Assembly (NCBI GenBank): GCA_963785305.1
Contig: CAWAUV010000008.1
Coordinates: 1,248,001 to 1,312,000 of the forward strand
Origin: an uncultured Planctomycetaceae bacterium
GTDB lineage: Bacteria > Planctomycetota > Planctomycetia > Pirellulales > PALSA-1355
Direction: 5' to 3'
DNA length: 64,000 bases
The notes under the pieces were generated by a model. It worked only from the letters and a program-made list of their open reading frames with translations, did no database searches and was not told where the DNA came from. Positions 32,243 through 43,308 of this stretch are shown here, piece after piece. Each line of letters opens with the position of its first letter. Within the stretch, counting starts at the first letter, position 1. The position numbers were made by a program, and so were the translations under genes.

Positions 32243-34497
32243 TGTTTTCGCGCCTGTTGGATAAAGTCGCGCGTCATGTCCATATACAATGAGCCATGAT
32301 TCCGCGACGGTTCGATTTGCGTGTTTTCGTGATACTCGTTGAACGACGTGACGATCACCATGTCGGGCCGCTCCTCGACACTCAGGGCGAAGTCGAGCGA
32401 CCGCCGATACGTCGCGCCTTGCTGCCGATCGACATGGCGATGCAGGTTGCCCTTGCGATTGACATCGCGCAGGTGGCGATCGTCGTAGCCGGGCGACACG
32501 GTGATCAGCCGCAAGTTCCGCACGCCCGCGTCGGAGTTGCGGTAAGCCTGGCGCCAGAGCGGCTCCCATTTCGACGATTGGCACAATTCCAGCGGCGAAT
32601 ACAAGCTCCAGCCATCGAAAGTGTCGAATGTCTTGGCCCGCTCGTCCTTGGCGTTGTACATCCGCAGCGTCGAGGCGATGCGCACGCAGTCGAGCGTCGA
32701 TTCCTCGATCGCCTTGAGCAAGGTCTTGTTGCCGTCTTGCACGCCGGTCCAAAAGATGAACAGCGCCGGCTCGCCCCGCATGCGGAGATAGTTCGGGCGC
32801 CGCATGAACATCTTGCGCACGATCTTGACCGCGTCGACCAGTTGTTCCTTCTTGCAATCGTAGGGACACAATTGAAACCCGATCCGCACGGGGCTGCCCG
32901 AGCGCTCGATCACGCTGAACACATTTTCGGCGGCGGCCAATTCGTAGGCATTGGCGCCATCGCCGTCGATATGCAGATTGATGAGCGCGAAGTTGATGCC
33001 GGTTTGCTCGAAGAGCTTCCAGTGTTCGAGGATCGTGGCGCCGTTCGACGAGCCGTAGTAGCCCAGGTTCGGCATGTCGGTCACGCCACCCGAGCTGGGT
33101 GAATCGTTCCAGTGGCTAGCGCCCAGGCCGTTGCCGTACCAGCAATAATATTGCACGCCGAAGAGCGTTGTCTCGGGAGTCGCGGCGACGGCCGCGGCCG
33201 GTCGACCGCGATCGGTCGATTGGCGGTGGGTCTTTTCGATGATGGTCAGTAGTTCGTCGGCGGCGCGGTCCCAGGTGTAGTTCTTCACCCGCTCGCGACC
33301 GGCGTCGCCCATCTGGCGCGCGAGTTCCTTATTGTCGCGGAGCAACCGCATTTTTTCGGCCAGCGCTTCGGGCTGCGCCGCCACGAGAAACGAGCATTGT
33401 TCGTCGACGACTTCGGTGAATCCGCCTTCATTCACGCCGATCAACGGCTTGCCCGCGGCCATGGCCTCGAGCGCCACGATGCCAAACGGCTCCTTGACCG
33501 GCGCGAACACCACGGCCAAGGCGCGCGAAAACAAGATCTGCACTTCGAGGTTATTGAGCCCATGGAGGAAGAACACCCGATTCGAGAGGCCGAGCCCATT
33601 GGCGGCACGCATCAGGTTTTCTTTTTCCGGGCCATTGCCCACGATATAGAGTTGGGCGTCGTCGACATGTTTCATCGCCTCGATCACGAGCTTGATCCGC
33701 TTGTGCGGCCAAAGCTGACCGATCGTGAGAAAGATGTTCTCTTCCGAGGGTTGGACGATGAAGTCGTCGATATTCACGCCCGGATAGACCACATCGCGCA
33801 CTTTGCCGCCGTACACGCCCTCGAGATAGCCGGCCGTATAGCGGCTGTTGGCCACGATTCGCTCGGGCTTGCCCTGCTTGTCGAACATGTCCATCGAGGT
33901 GAGATAGGCCTCGTAGGTCGCGTCGGCGATGCGGTCGTAGTTGTACTTGGGATAGATGTGCAGATTGCGCTGAAACATGCCGGCCACATTGTCGAGCGGC
34001 TGCTCGAATCGCAGATCGTGCAAGATGCGGAGCGGCTCGTGCGGATACCAGACCATCGGATGTCGATTGATCAAGTGGGTCGGCCAGAGATGGGTGTGGT
34101 AGACATCGTGGTCGCCGACTTCGAGTTCCCAAATCTTGGGCAGGAGCACGCCGTTGAGCAGAATCGAATGCGCGCCGTCGAAATAGGGCGTGAGAAACGC
34201 CTGTTTGACTCCAGAGGCGATGCCGTGTTCGCGCAGCAGATCGCGGTCGATCTTGGACGAGTAGATCGTGATATCGTGCTTGTGCTGCCAGCGGTTGACG
34301 CACTCGATCAAATATCGCTCCGCCCCGCCGTATTTCGCGAGCTCCGGAATGATCACGGCCATGTCCAGCCGGCTCGGCCGCGCGGGCCGCTCGCGTCGAA
34401 CGGAGCGTGGGCGCGCTTTCGGCGGCGCGAGCGCCGGCTTGCCGCTTCTACGTTGGGGCGCCGAACGGGGCTTCTTGTGGGAAGATCTTGGTTTCAT
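32233..34497 (-). CDS. GT4 glycosyltransferase fused to a C-terminal GH99/GH71-like glycoside hydrolase domain
   Basis: GGAERY, ANS.YT, EPFGIVALEAMAAGKP; then YYCWYG...HW...PNLGYYGS, VSPGYDD, TSFNEYHENTQIEP. Confidence 0.85.
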   Translation of the reverse strand: MKPRSSHKKPRSAPQRRSGKPALAPPKARPRSVRRERPARPSRLDMAVIIPELAKYGGAERYLIECVNRWQHKHDITIYSSKIDRDLLREHGIASGVKQAFLTPYFDGAHSILLNGVLLPKIWELEVGDHDVYHTHLWPTHLINRHPMVWYPHEPLRILHDLRFEQPLDNVAGMFQRNLHIYPKYNYDRIADATYEAYLTSMDMFDKQGKPERIVANSRYTAGYLEGVYGGKVRDVVYPGVNIDDFIVQPSEENIFLTIGQLWPHKRIKLVIEAMKHVDDAQLYIVGNGPEKENLMRAANGLGLSNRVFFLHGLNNLEVQILFSRALAVVFAPVKEPFGIVALEAMAAGKPLIGVNEGGFTEVVDEQCSFLVAAQPEALAEKMRLLRDNKELARQMGDAGRERVKNYTWDRAADELLTIIEKTHRQSTDRGRPAAAVAATPETTLFGVQYYCWYGNGLGASHWNDSPSSGGVTDMPNLGYYGSSNGATILEHWKLFEQTGINFALINLHIDGDGANAYELAAAENVFSVIERSGSPVRIGFQLCPYDCKKEQLVDAVKIVRKMFMRRPNYLRMRGEPALFIFWTGVQDGNKTLLKAIEESTLDCVRIASTLRMYNAKDERAKTFDTFDGWSLYSPLELCQSSKWEPLWRQAYRNSDAGVRNLRLITVSPGYDDRHLRDVNRKGNLHRHVDRQQGATYRRSLDFALSVEERPDMVIVTSFNEYHENTQIEPSRNHGSLYMDMTRDFIQQARKQWQ

Positions 34498-34553
34498 CAG
34501 CCGCCCAGGGTTAGGGATTAAGGGAGGGATGCCGGCGCTCGGCCTGGAGCGCG

Positions 34554-35306
34554 TTAGGCCGCTTGGGCGCCGCTTTGGTAGTGATCGATCATAGGGTGGG
34601 GTTCGCCGATGGTCACCAGTCGTCCCCGCTCGACGAGCGCCACGCGATCGCTGATCGTGCGCACCGCGCCCAAGTCGTGGCTGACGAAAATGATCGTGAC
34701 CCCCTCGGCGCGAAACTGGTGGATGCGTCCCAGACACTTGCGCTGGAAATGATCGTCACCCACGCTGAGTGCCTCATCGACCAGCAAAATACGAGGATCC
34801 AAATGCACGGCCACCGCGAAACCCAGTCGAGCCACCATGCCCGAACTGTAGGTGCGGAGCGGTTGGTCGATGCAATGTTCGAGCTCCGCGAATTCAATGA
34901 TCGCCGCTTGGCGCTCGCGCGCTTCGCGGCGGGTGAGCCCAAGCAGCACGGCGTTGAGAATCACGTTTTCCAGTCCGCTGAGCTCCATGTGAAATCCGGC
35001 GCCCAGCTCCAAAAGCGGACAAATTCGCCCGACCGACCGCACCGTGCCCGACGAGGGACGGAGCACGCCGGCCATGAGTCCGAGCATCGTGCTTTTGCCG
35101 GCGCCGTTGCGCCCGATCACGCCCAGGCACTCGCCGGCGCGGACTTCGAACGACACATCGTCGAGCGCGATCTCGGGCCTCCTGCGCCACATGCGGCGCA
35201 GGTGCGTCGGCAAATGCAGCACGAGGCTCTTGAGGCCGTCGCCCACCGGGCTCTCCCGATGGTAGCGCTTCGTGACATGTTCGAATTGGATCGCGATCTC
35301 AGACAA
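34554..35306 (-). CDS. wzt: Polysaccharide ABC exporter ATP-binding subunit (Wzt-like, no C-terminal carbohydrate-binding extension)
   Basis: GRNGAGKST, LELGAGF, YSSGMVARLGF, DEALSVGD. Probable TTG start. Confidence 0.9.
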   Translation of the reverse strand: MSEIAIQFEHVTKRYHRESPVGDGLKSLVLHLPTHLRRMWRRRPEIALDDVSFEVRAGECLGVIGRNGAGKSTMLGLMAGVLRPSSGTVRSVGRICPLLELGAGFHMELSGLENVILNAVLLGLTRREARERQAAIIEFAELEHCIDQPLRTYSSGMVARLGFAVAVHLDPRILLVDEALSVGDDHFQRKCLGRIHQFRAEGVTIIFVSHDLGAVRTISDRVALVERGRLVTIGEPHPMIDHYQSGAQAA

Positions 35307-36138
35307 TTTCCGCGAACCTCCAAACCGACAAGCGATACACCTGCCAGCCCACGACCAGCCACGCCGCGGCCCAGCCGGCGGCCAACAGCAGCGGTTCGAC
35401 CGGCGCGACGCCGCCATAGAACAATTCTTGCCAGCAGCGCCCGGTCGACGAAAACGGATTGACCCAACTCAGCCAGCGATATTCGGCCGGAAGCCGATCG
35501 ACCGCGTATAGCACCGGCGTGAGATAAAACAGCAAATGCATCAGCACATGCGTCAAACGCTCGAGATCGCGGAAAAACAAATTGAAAGTCGCGACCGTCA
35601 GCGAGATGCCGAGCAACATCGTGAACTGCACCGCGAAGATCGCGGGAATCGCCCAGAGCGCGTGGGGCGTGAGCGGATAGCCGTAGTAGGCCATGAACCC
35701 GAACACGATCGGGAGCGACGCCAGGAAGTGCAGGCTTTCGTTGAGCACTCCCGAGAGCACCAGTGCCGAGCGCTCGAACCGCACTTTTTTAATCAGGGTG
35801 CGATTACCGAGGAAAAACACATTGGCGCCGGTGACGGTGTTGCTGGTCCACTGCCAGGGGAATAGTCCGGCGATCAGAAACAGGGGATAGGCCGGCATGT
35901 CGATGCGCATCACGACGCGAAACACGCCGAAAAACACCATCGCGAACGCCAGCGGATTGAGCACGCTCCAAGCGTAGCCGATCATCGTGCTCTTGTAGCG
36001 GACCTTGAACTCCTTGCTCACCAGCACCAGGATCAGGTCGCGATAATAGGCCAGGTCTCGCGGCCAAGTGCTCGAGAAGGCGCGCGACGGCACGACACGC
36101 GGCGCGGCGCCCTCGGTGCTGGTGAAAATCTTGATCAT
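35299..36138 (-). CDS. wzm: Polysaccharide ABC exporter permease (Wzm-like)
   Basis: KVRYKSTMIGYAWSVLNPL, FFRDL, FYLTPVLY, NPF. Confidence 0.9.
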   Translation of the reverse strand: MIKIFTSTEGAAPRVVPSRAFSSTWPRDLAYYRDLILVLVSKEFKVRYKSTMIGYAWSVLNPLAFAMVFFGVFRVVMRIDMPAYPLFLIAGLFPWQWTSNTVTGANVFFLGNRTLIKKVRFERSALVLSGVLNESLHFLASLPIVFGFMAYYGYPLTPHALWAIPAIFAVQFTMLLGISLTVATFNLFFRDLERLTHVLMHLLFYLTPVLYAVDRLPAEYRWLSWVNPFSSTGRCWQELFYGGVAPVEPLLLAAGWAAAWLVVGWQVYRLSVWRFAEIV

Positions 36139-36484
36139 GGCTTCGCTGGGCGCCGCCCGACGACACCCAATGCGTCGCTCGGCGGAACCCGCCCTCCTTG
36201 GCGTCAGCCGTCGAATACTCGACCCTCTCCCTGGCACTCAGGGAGCGGCAGTATATACGGCGAGCCGGGGGTCGGGTCAACACAGCTTTTTTCCCAGGTC
36301 GGCCTATTTGACCAAGCGGCATGGCTCGAACCGCCGCCGCGCCCTACCCAGAGCCCGCGGAATGCCCGAAATCGCTCCGCCGGCAATGGCAACGGCGCCT
36401 GCCAGCAACCTCGCCGCTGGGAACACAACGCCAGGCGAGCAGGCAGCCAAAACCGCGGCGCGGGCGAAACCCGCGCTCGAAAAA

Positions 36485-37952
36485 TCAAAACTGCACGATG
36501 GCATCGCCGCCTAGTAGCAATTGGTAGGTCTTCGTGCCATCGTCAAATGGCCTGGCGGCGCCGCGATAGGTGTCCCAGCGCAGTTCGGGACGAAGCGAAA
36601 GATTGCGCAGCGGAGTCCAATTGGCGCCGACCGTCCACGAGGCATAGCTGCCGGCCAGCGGGGCCATGTTCGGATTCGAGGGCTCGGTCAGGCCGACGCG
36701 CGTGCCGTCTTCATCGCGAAACCATTCGACCCGCGTGCCCAGCCGCCAATTTTCGCGCCAGCGATAGTACACATATTGATCGATGCCATACCACATCGCC
36801 GCGCCGCCGCCAGGGGCGCCTTGTTGCTGCGCTCCCAACCACTGGTGAAACACATATTCGATCCGCTCGTGAAAGGTCTTGCTCACGATAAAACTGTAGC
36901 GAGTGCGGTTCGTCACGGCAGTGGCCACCGTCGGCAATCCGGCCGGGTTGCTGCCTTCGTCGCCGGTGATGATGGCGAACGAGCTCCACCAGTCTTTCGC
37001 GGCGCCGGTGTACTTGACGCTGCCCAGAAAATTGGCGTGATTCGAGGTCTCGTCGAGCGCAGTTCCAGCCGTTGACCAAGCCGGCCTGAATTTGCCAGTT
37101 TTCGGTCGGACGCCAATTGCCGATGCCGCCCCACTGAGTGAAAGGACCGGCGAACTGATAGCTATAAGCATGCGAATAGAAGAAGTTGTTGGTCGCCATC
37201 ACGCTCTCGTAGCCGACGAGCGTGTAGAAGTGCCCGACCTTGAGCGAGGCCTTGGTCGACCCGACTTCGAGATAGGCTTGCGGCAAGGCCAGACCATAGT
37301 ACTGGCTGCTGTTCCAACGCGGCGTTCCGGCTCGCGTGGCCTCGAGGCCGCGTGACTGCGCCAGAAAATAGTCCGCGCCATAGAGCGCGTCGAAACGCCC
37401 GCCGACGCCAAACGAGCTATCGCTCGGCAGCAATCGCTCGAGCACGAAATAGGCTTGATTGAATTGCCCGTTGTCCACTTCCTGGGCATTGTAGGGCCCA
37501 TTGAAATGGCTGCCTGGGTTCGAGGTGTTGCCGAGAATGCCGGCGTCGAGCCAGCCGCGGGCCGTGACGAAGCCGTTTTGCGGAAACAGGCGGAAGTACG
37601 GGTCGAGCGATACCGGAGCGTCGCAGGGGCGGCAGCGACAGCGCGACCCGGCGTCGCGGCCCGCCAGGGCGCCGCGGTCGGTTGCGGGGCCGCAACCGGT
37701 GGTGCAATCGCAGCCCGCCGCGGCGCCAGGGCCGCAACCGGTGGTGCAATCGCAAGCCGCGGTCGAGGCCGGCGCCTGAGCTTGCTGCTCCATTTGCCGG
37801 GACGTCGCCGCATAGTTGTAGGCGACCGGATCGACGAATACGACGCTCCCGTCGGCCTCGGGCTCGGCCATCGCGTCGCGAGTCGACAGGAATAGCCCAC
37901 CCACCGCGCACGCCGCGGCCCAATGCAAGACACCGATGCGCATTGATTGCAT
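36485..37952 (-). CDS. Outer-membrane beta-barrel porin, BBP2/DUF1597-like (frameshift near 37060)
   Basis: Signal peptide, Cys-rich linker, NQAY, PQAYLE, GHFYTLVGYE, NFFYSHAY, EWFRDEDG, LRPELRWD, terminal Phe. Confidence 0.85.
37687..37754. repeat. 26-bp exact direct repeat with 42-bp period, encoding two CDCTTGCGP units
   Basis: gggccgcaaccggtggtgcaatcgca at 37687-37712 and 37729-37754. Confidence 0.85.
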
Positions 37953-38267
37953 GGAAATACGCTCCGACGGAAACTGGGATTTGCGAAGAAGAGCCGGGAA
38001 CCTGAAGTGAAACGACAACCGATCGCCTTGCGGGAGGCGCCGAACAGGGACGTTCGGAAATCGGTTGCGTGAATGTTCCCGGTAGTTGTAATCGTCTGAT
38101 TACGCCGGTTCCGTGGAGCGAAACGCGATCGAGATTTCGCGGAAAATGGCCGCCATTCGCAAAGGCGTGGCGTCGAACAGCCGGCCGATCTGCGTGACTC
38201 GCAAACTCTAGCCGACCGTTAAGATCGGCGGCGAGTTTGGGCGGAGAATCCACCCGCGGCGAGTGTC

Positions 38268-40604
38268 CTACAAGTAATTGAGCAGCGTGGTTTGCGCCAA
38301 GTAGCCGGTCGATTCGATCGTGGCTTGATAGTCGAGCTGCAAGGCGGTGAGCTGCGTGGCGGCGGTGGCCATGTCGGTGTCGACCGTTTTCGAATAGCTG
38401 CTCTGTAAGGTGGTGAGCGTATTTGAATTCGCGGTTTCGTCGGACTGCAAGAACTGCTCGCGCGTGCCGAGTTCGGACTGGGCGTAGTTCAGCTGGGTCA
38501 CGCTGGTTTGCAAGGCGCCGAGGGTGCGCGTGACCTGCGCCGAGTCGCCGGTGGTGAGCGCGGTGTAAAGCTTGGCGAGCGAATTGAACATTCCGCTGAC
38601 TTCTTGCGGATTCGTATCGCCGCCGCTAATCATTTGCTGGCCGCCCGCGGTGACCGCCGCCGCGCTCGTTGTCTGACCGCCGGGAATCAGACCCAGGTCC
38701 ACCGCGGCCGAACTGTTGTCGGTCGCCGTCACGCTGAAGGCGCCGGGCGAGGTCGTATCGCCGCTCACCAGTTCGATGCCGTTGCCGGTCGTATTGAGCT
38801 GGGCGGTAATATGATCGGCGCCCGCGGGATTGTTCGCGTTGTTATTGATCAGGTTGATGACGTCGCCCACGGTCTGGGCCCCGCTCACACTCACGGAAAA
38901 CGACGTGCCATCGGGCCGGGTGATCTGAAAGTCGGGCAAGGTCGACGAGCTGCTGGCGGCCGGCTGGTCGATGGCCGTGGTGACGCCGAGACCGTGATTC
39001 AGATCGGCCAGTTGGGTCGAGGTGGTGAAGGTGCGAAGGCCCAACTGCGTGGCGGTCTGGCCGCCATTTTCACCAATCGAAAAATCGATGCCGCTCACAT
39101 TCGAGGTGACGCTCAGGCCGGTTCCCTGCGAATTGATCGCGGCGGTCACGCCGGCGCCCGAGGTGTTGATGTCGTTAATCAGGTCTTGAACCGTTTGGGC
39201 GCCGCTCAGGTTCACGGTGTAATTGGTTCCACCGCTCGAGATCAAGAGTCCACCGGTTTGATCGAGATTCGTTCCCGCGCCGCCGGCGGTGGTGGCGGTG
39301 GCCGCGAGATTGACTTGGCCGGTTCCGGCGAGGTTTTGGCTGGTGCTATCGCCGGAGACGAGGCTGGCCTGAAACACGCTGCCGGCCGGCGAGGCATTGA
39401 GCGCGCTGACGATTTGGTTGGCCGTCGCCCCGCCGGGTCCGACATTGAACGTCAGCTGGCCGGCGCCGGCGTTGTAGTTGACCGTGACATCGCCGGCCGG
39501 GAGCGAATTGTCGGACACGAAGGAGATCGCGACATCGTTATTCGCCGAGCCATGATCGATGGCCGTGATCTGGATATCGTTGTTGGCGCCGGGCGAAGTG
39601 ACGGTCGCCGAGGCGCTGGTTCCCAGCAGGCTGCCGAGCGATGTGTCGAGCGAGAGCGTGGGATTGAGCGCGGCGCCGGAGATCGAATTCGAATTGCTGA
39701 CGCCGGCGATGCCGAGTTGCTTGGCGGTGTTGCCGCCGCCCAGGTCGCTGATCGCCAGCGTGTTGCCCCCGCCGGGATTGATGAGCGCCACATTGAGGCC
39801 GGTCGCGCCGAGCGTGACTTCCACCCGGTCGCCGGCCGGGGCGTTGGACTGAATCGCGTTGACCACGTCGCCGACAGTCTTGGCCGAGCCGAGATCGACC
39901 GTCGAGGTGTGCGAGCCATCGGAAATTTGAATGCTGCCGGGGCTCACTCCGGCCCCGCCATTGAGGTCGGCCAGCGGAGTGCTCAAGCTCAAGGTCGGCG
40001 CGAGCGGGTTTCCCACGATCGGGCTCGAAATCGCGCCAAACGCCGAATTGCCATCGACATTCGTTTGCAACACTTGTCCGACATCGGAAAACGTATTGAG
40101 GCTGCCCGAGTTGCCGTTGTACACGACCGTGTCGCCATTGAGCGTGAAAGGCTGCGTGGCGCTGGCCGAGCCAGCGAAGATATATTGCCCGTTGTATTTC
40201 GTGTTGCCGAGTTGCACCAGTTGCTGGAGCGTGTCCTGCACTTGGCTGGCGGCGGCCGCTTTCTGCGCGGCCGTGGCGGTCGTGCCCTGGGCCGATTCGA
40301 CCGTGCCGACGAGGCTGTTGATCAGCGACGAGACGCTGCTGAGCGTGGAGTCGGTCGTGCTCATGGCGCCGGAGGCGTTGGTCAGATCGGTTCCGATTTG
40401 CGACTGCTGATTGATTTGCTCCTGGAGATTGACGCCGAGCAATCCGGCCGCGGGATTTTGCGACAGATACTGAAACGCTTGCCCGGTGCTGATCTGCTCT
40501 TCGACCTGCACCATGTTTTGCTGCACGGTCTGCAACTGATTGATTTGCGCTTGGCTAATCAACGAGCTCGTTACGCGCGACGAAGGAATGGGGCTGATAG
40601 TCAT
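38268..40604 (-). CDS. flgL: Flagellar hook-associated protein 3 (long form)
   Basis: Flagellin-like termini (QISTG, N.KYNGQYIFAG; D.DMATA...LLNYL); follows flgK. Confidence 0.88.
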   Translation of the reverse strand: MTISPIPSSRVTSSLISQAQINQLQTVQQNMVQVEEQISTGQAFQYLSQNPAAGLLGVNLQEQINQQSQIGTDLTNASGAMSTTDSTLSSVSSLINSLVGTVESAQGTTATAAQKAAAASQVQDTLQQLVQLGNTKYNGQYIFAGSASATQPFTLNGDTVVYNGNSGSLNTFSDVGQVLQTNVDGNSAFGAISSPIVGNPLAPTLSLSTPLADLNGGAGVSPGSIQISDGSHTSTVDLGSAKTVGDVVNAIQSNAPAGDRVEVTLGATGLNVALINPGGGNTLAISDLGGGNTAKQLGIAGVSNSNSISGAALNPTLSLDTSLGSLLGTSASATVTSPGANNDIQITAIDHGSANNDVAISFVSDNSLPAGDVTVNYNAGAGQLTFNVGPGGATANQIVSALNASPAGSVFQASLVSGDSTSQNLAGTGQVNLAATATTAGGAGTNLDQTGGLLISSGGTNYTVNLSGAQTVQDLINDINTSGAGVTAAINSQGTGLSVTSNVSGIDFSIGENGGQTATQLGLRTFTTSTQLADLNHGLGVTTAIDQPAASSSSTLPDFQITRPDGTSFSVSVSGAQTVGDVINLINNNANNPAGADHITAQLNTTGNGIELVSGDTTSPGAFSVTATDNSSAAVDLGLIPGGQTTSAAAVTAGGQQMISGGDTNPQEVSGMFNSLAKLYTALTTGDSAQVTRTLGALQTSVTQLNYAQSELGTREQFLQSDETANSNTLTTLQSSYSKTVDTDMATAATQLTALQLDYQATIESTGYLAQTTLLNYL

Positions 40605-40629
40605 GGCGGAGCCGTGGATGAAAAGCGAA

Positions 40630-42333
40630 TTAGAGTTGGGTCAGCGTTTGCAATAATTGACTGATGGTCGAAATGAACTTGGCCGACGCGATATATGAAT
40701 TCTGCAACTGAATCATCTCGATCGCCTGTTCATCGATGTTCACTCCGCTCACCGATTGGCTCTGACTTTGCAAGCCAGCCTGCAAGGTCGTGGTGCTGGT
40801 CGAATTGGCCTGCGCCGCCGCGCTGCCGGCGGTGACATTGGCCACCAGGGAGTTGGCCAGATCGGTGATGGTCTGCCCGCCTTGGCTGGCGAGAGGCGTG
40901 GTGTTGAACTGCGCCAGGGCCTCGGCATTGTTGGTGTCGACGCCCACGCCGCCGGTGCTGGCGGCGAACTTCGTCGGATCGCTTACCAGGTCGCTATTCA
41001 CGCCGAGCGTGGCGGCCGAATCGCCAGTGAAAAACGTGTTGATGCCCACCGACGCCAGGAAACCGCTATTGTCGTTGGCAAACGAAAACGTCTCGTTCGG
41101 GTCGGTGCTCGCAATGCTCAATTGGCCCGAGGCCGAGACCGAGGCGGTGAGCCCGGCGATGCCGTTGATTTGCGAGGCGACACCGTTGAGTGTGGTATCG
41201 CCGCCGAGCCCTTCCAGGCTGACATTGATCGTGGTGGTTTCGCGTTGGCCGGTGACCGAATTTTGCGTGACGATCTGAAACGAGCCGTTGGTGGGCGGAT
41301 TCGTCAGCCCGGCGTTTTCCAGCGGCGCGTTGGCGTCGCTGACCCCGTTTTGGCTGGCGACGCTCGAATAGCCGCTGAGCCCCTGGCCCGAGGCATAGAC
41401 CTTGTTGAACTCGTTGGCCAGCGTGTTGCTGTAGGAATTGAGCTGGTCGAGATAGCCGCCGAGGATTTGGTCGCGGGCCTCGATCTGGCCGGCATATTGG
41501 CCGCTAGTGGCCTGGAGCGGCGAGCTCGTGGCGCCGACGACAAGCGTGGGTCCATAGACGCCCGGCGCATTCGAGTTGGTCACCGACACGAGCTGCGCCT
41601 CGCCGCCATCGACCAGATAATTGTTGCCGACATAGACATTCACTTCGCCGTTGGGCTGCGGCTGCACATTGATATTCACGAGATTCGAGAGGCTCGTGAG
41701 CGCGGCCTGCCGCTGATCGGTGAGCCCAACCGCGGTGCTGCCGTTGCTCACTCCGGCCTGAAAGCCGGCGATTTGGACATTGAGCTGCTGAATCTGGGTG
41801 ACGAGTTGATTGATCGAAGCGGCGTCGGCGGGAATTTGCGAATTGATCTGCGACTGAAAACTGGCGACTTGGCTCGCCTGCTGGTTGATGTTCTGGGCCA
41901 GGGTCTGGCCGCTGGTGACGGCGACTTGCCGGATCGAATCGCTGGTCGGCGAGGTGAGCACATTTTGCACCGCGGCCGAGAAATTGGTGAGCGACGTGGT
42001 GAGATCGGTCCCGCTCGTGGTGAGCTCCGACATCATCGATTCAAGCTGTTGATAAACGCTCGCTTGGGTCGAATAACTCGACACGCTGCTATTGGCGGAG
42101 CGGAGGTTCTGCTCGACATACTGATCCACCTCCGATGTGACGCCCTGGACCACCACGCCGGTGCCCATGAGCACGCCGCCCTCTTGCTGCGTGGGGCCGG
42201 TCCCGAGCTGCACCACTTCCTGGCTGTAGCCGGGAGTGTTGGCGTTGGCGATATTCTGGCCGATCACCTGCAAGCCGACACCGGTGGCTTGCATCGAATT
42301 GCCAGCCAGCTGAAGTGTGCCGAAAAGCGACAT
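40630..42333 (-). CDS. flgK: Flagellar hook-associated protein 1
   Basis: GQNIANANTPGYSQ, GTGV, SGVNIDEQ...Y.ASAK. Confidence 0.93.
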   Translation of the reverse strand: MSLFGTLQLAGNSMQATGVGLQVIGQNIANANTPGYSQEVVQLGTGPTQQEGGVLMGTGVVVQGVTSEVDQYVEQNLRSANSSVSSYSTQASVYQQLESMMSELTTSGTDLTTSLTNFSAAVQNVLTSPTSDSIRQVAVTSGQTLAQNINQQASQVASFQSQINSQIPADAASINQLVTQIQQLNVQIAGFQAGVSNGSTAVGLTDQRQAALTSLSNLVNINVQPQPNGEVNVYVGNNYLVDGGEAQLVSVTNSNAPGVYGPTLVVGATSSPLQATSGQYAGQIEARDQILGGYLDQLNSYSNTLANEFNKVYASGQGLSGYSSVASQNGVSDANAPLENAGLTNPPTNGSFQIVTQNSVTGQRETTTINVSLEGLGGDTTLNGVASQINGIAGLTASVSASGQLSIASTDPNETFSFANDNSGFLASVGINTFFTGDSAATLGVNSDLVSDPTKFAASTGGVGVDTNNAEALAQFNTTPLASQGGQTITDLANSLVANVTAGSAAAQANSTSTTTLQAGLQSQSQSVSGVNIDEQAIEMIQLQNSYIASAKFISTISQLLQTLTQL

Positions 42334-42399
42334 GCCGTTTTGAATCCCTCTCGTGAAGGCGTCGTCGAGAGCCAGGCGGCGGCTGTTCGCTCGAGCCGG

Positions 42400-42915
42400 T
42401 TAGGCGGCCTGGTCCAACATGGTTCCACCCGACGGGCGCGAGGGCCCCTTGTCATATGTCGGCTGAAGTCGTCCGCCTGTAGCGATAATCTCGATCATCC
42501 GGGACAAATGCAGCAAAGTGCGCTGCACGACCATCCAATTGGTCAAACTGTGATGGCGCAGGAGCCGGGCGCGGGAGTCGGCGGCGTCGAGTTGCGGCAC
42601 GAGCGCGAGCCGTTGCTCGCGTGGCAGCGCTGTCGACAGCGATCGCAAGCTATCATCCGGCAAGCCTTCCTGGCTGGCCCGCGCCAGCAGTTCGCCGCGC
42701 CGCTCATGGCAGCGTTGCAAGCGTTCGACGATCGCTTCCTCGCGAGGAACCATTGCCGCCAAGGCCGGCCCGTCCATGGTTCCAAGCAGCAGCCGCTTTT
42801 CATCGACCAGGGCAAACACCTCGCTCTGCACCGCGGACAGTTCCTCGAGCAATTGCACGATATCGGTATCCCAAGCCGGGGACATGGCATGTCTTTCGTT
42901 CGAGTCGTCGGGCAT
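42400..42915 (-). CDS. flgN: Flagellar export chaperone FlgN
   Basis: Helical protein directly upstream of flgK, ending G.MLDQAA; start 42885 or 42915. Confidence 0.75.
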   Translation of the reverse strand: MPDDSNERHAMSPAWDTDIVQLLEELSAVQSEVFALVDEKRLLLGTMDGPALAAMVPREEAIVERLQRCHERRGELLARASQEGLPDDSLRSLSTALPREQRLALVPQLDAADSRARLLRHHSLTNWMVVQRTLLHLSRMIEIIATGGRLQPTYDKGPSRPSGGTMLDQAA

Positions 42916-42944
42916 TCAAAAAACGCGAAAACGCGGGATGCGTG

Positions 42945-43308
42945 TTACTTGCGATTGAGCATGAACAGATCGAACATCGGTCCTGAAAAGGTATTGGCCG
43001 TGGCCTTGGTCATTTCGGTGGCCAGCACTTGATTCAACTGGCCGCGAAACACTTCCTCGGCCCGGCCACCATCGAAATAAGGCGTCTTGCCCGTCATCTT
43101 TTTCATCGACGACAGCATTTGCCCGTAGAACGTCTCGCCGATGAACGAGTCGAACGATTCGCGCGAGCTTCGGATCCTCGTCTTTCTTGGCTTTCAAGAC
43201 GCTCGACTTCGCCAGCGCGTCTTGGCTCTTGGCGATCGGGCTATGCGCCAGCCCCTCGACCCCGGACGCCTTGGTGATTCCCGAGGATTTGGCGACGGAA
43301 GAGATCAT
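42945..43308 (-). CDS. flgJ: Flagellar rod-binding protein (short FlgJ-like; frameshift near 43165)
   Basis: Shifted frame reads FDSFIGETFYGQMLSSMKK...YFDGGRAEEVFRGQLNQ; lies downstream of flgI. Confidence 0.7.

Noticed and set aside
37687..37754. Direct repeat as a CRISPR array
   Set aside because: Only two units, in frame within the porin's Cys-rich linker, and no cas genes.
38268..40604. Unusually long FlgL as a novelty
   Set aside because: Expanded central domains in FlgL are, to my knowledge, usual in planctomycetes, and the gene order is standard.
38508..43032. Long plus-strand ORFs (718 aa, 758 aa) and similar antisense ORFs across the window
   Set aside because: Shadows of real genes in high-GC DNA with no recognisable motifs.
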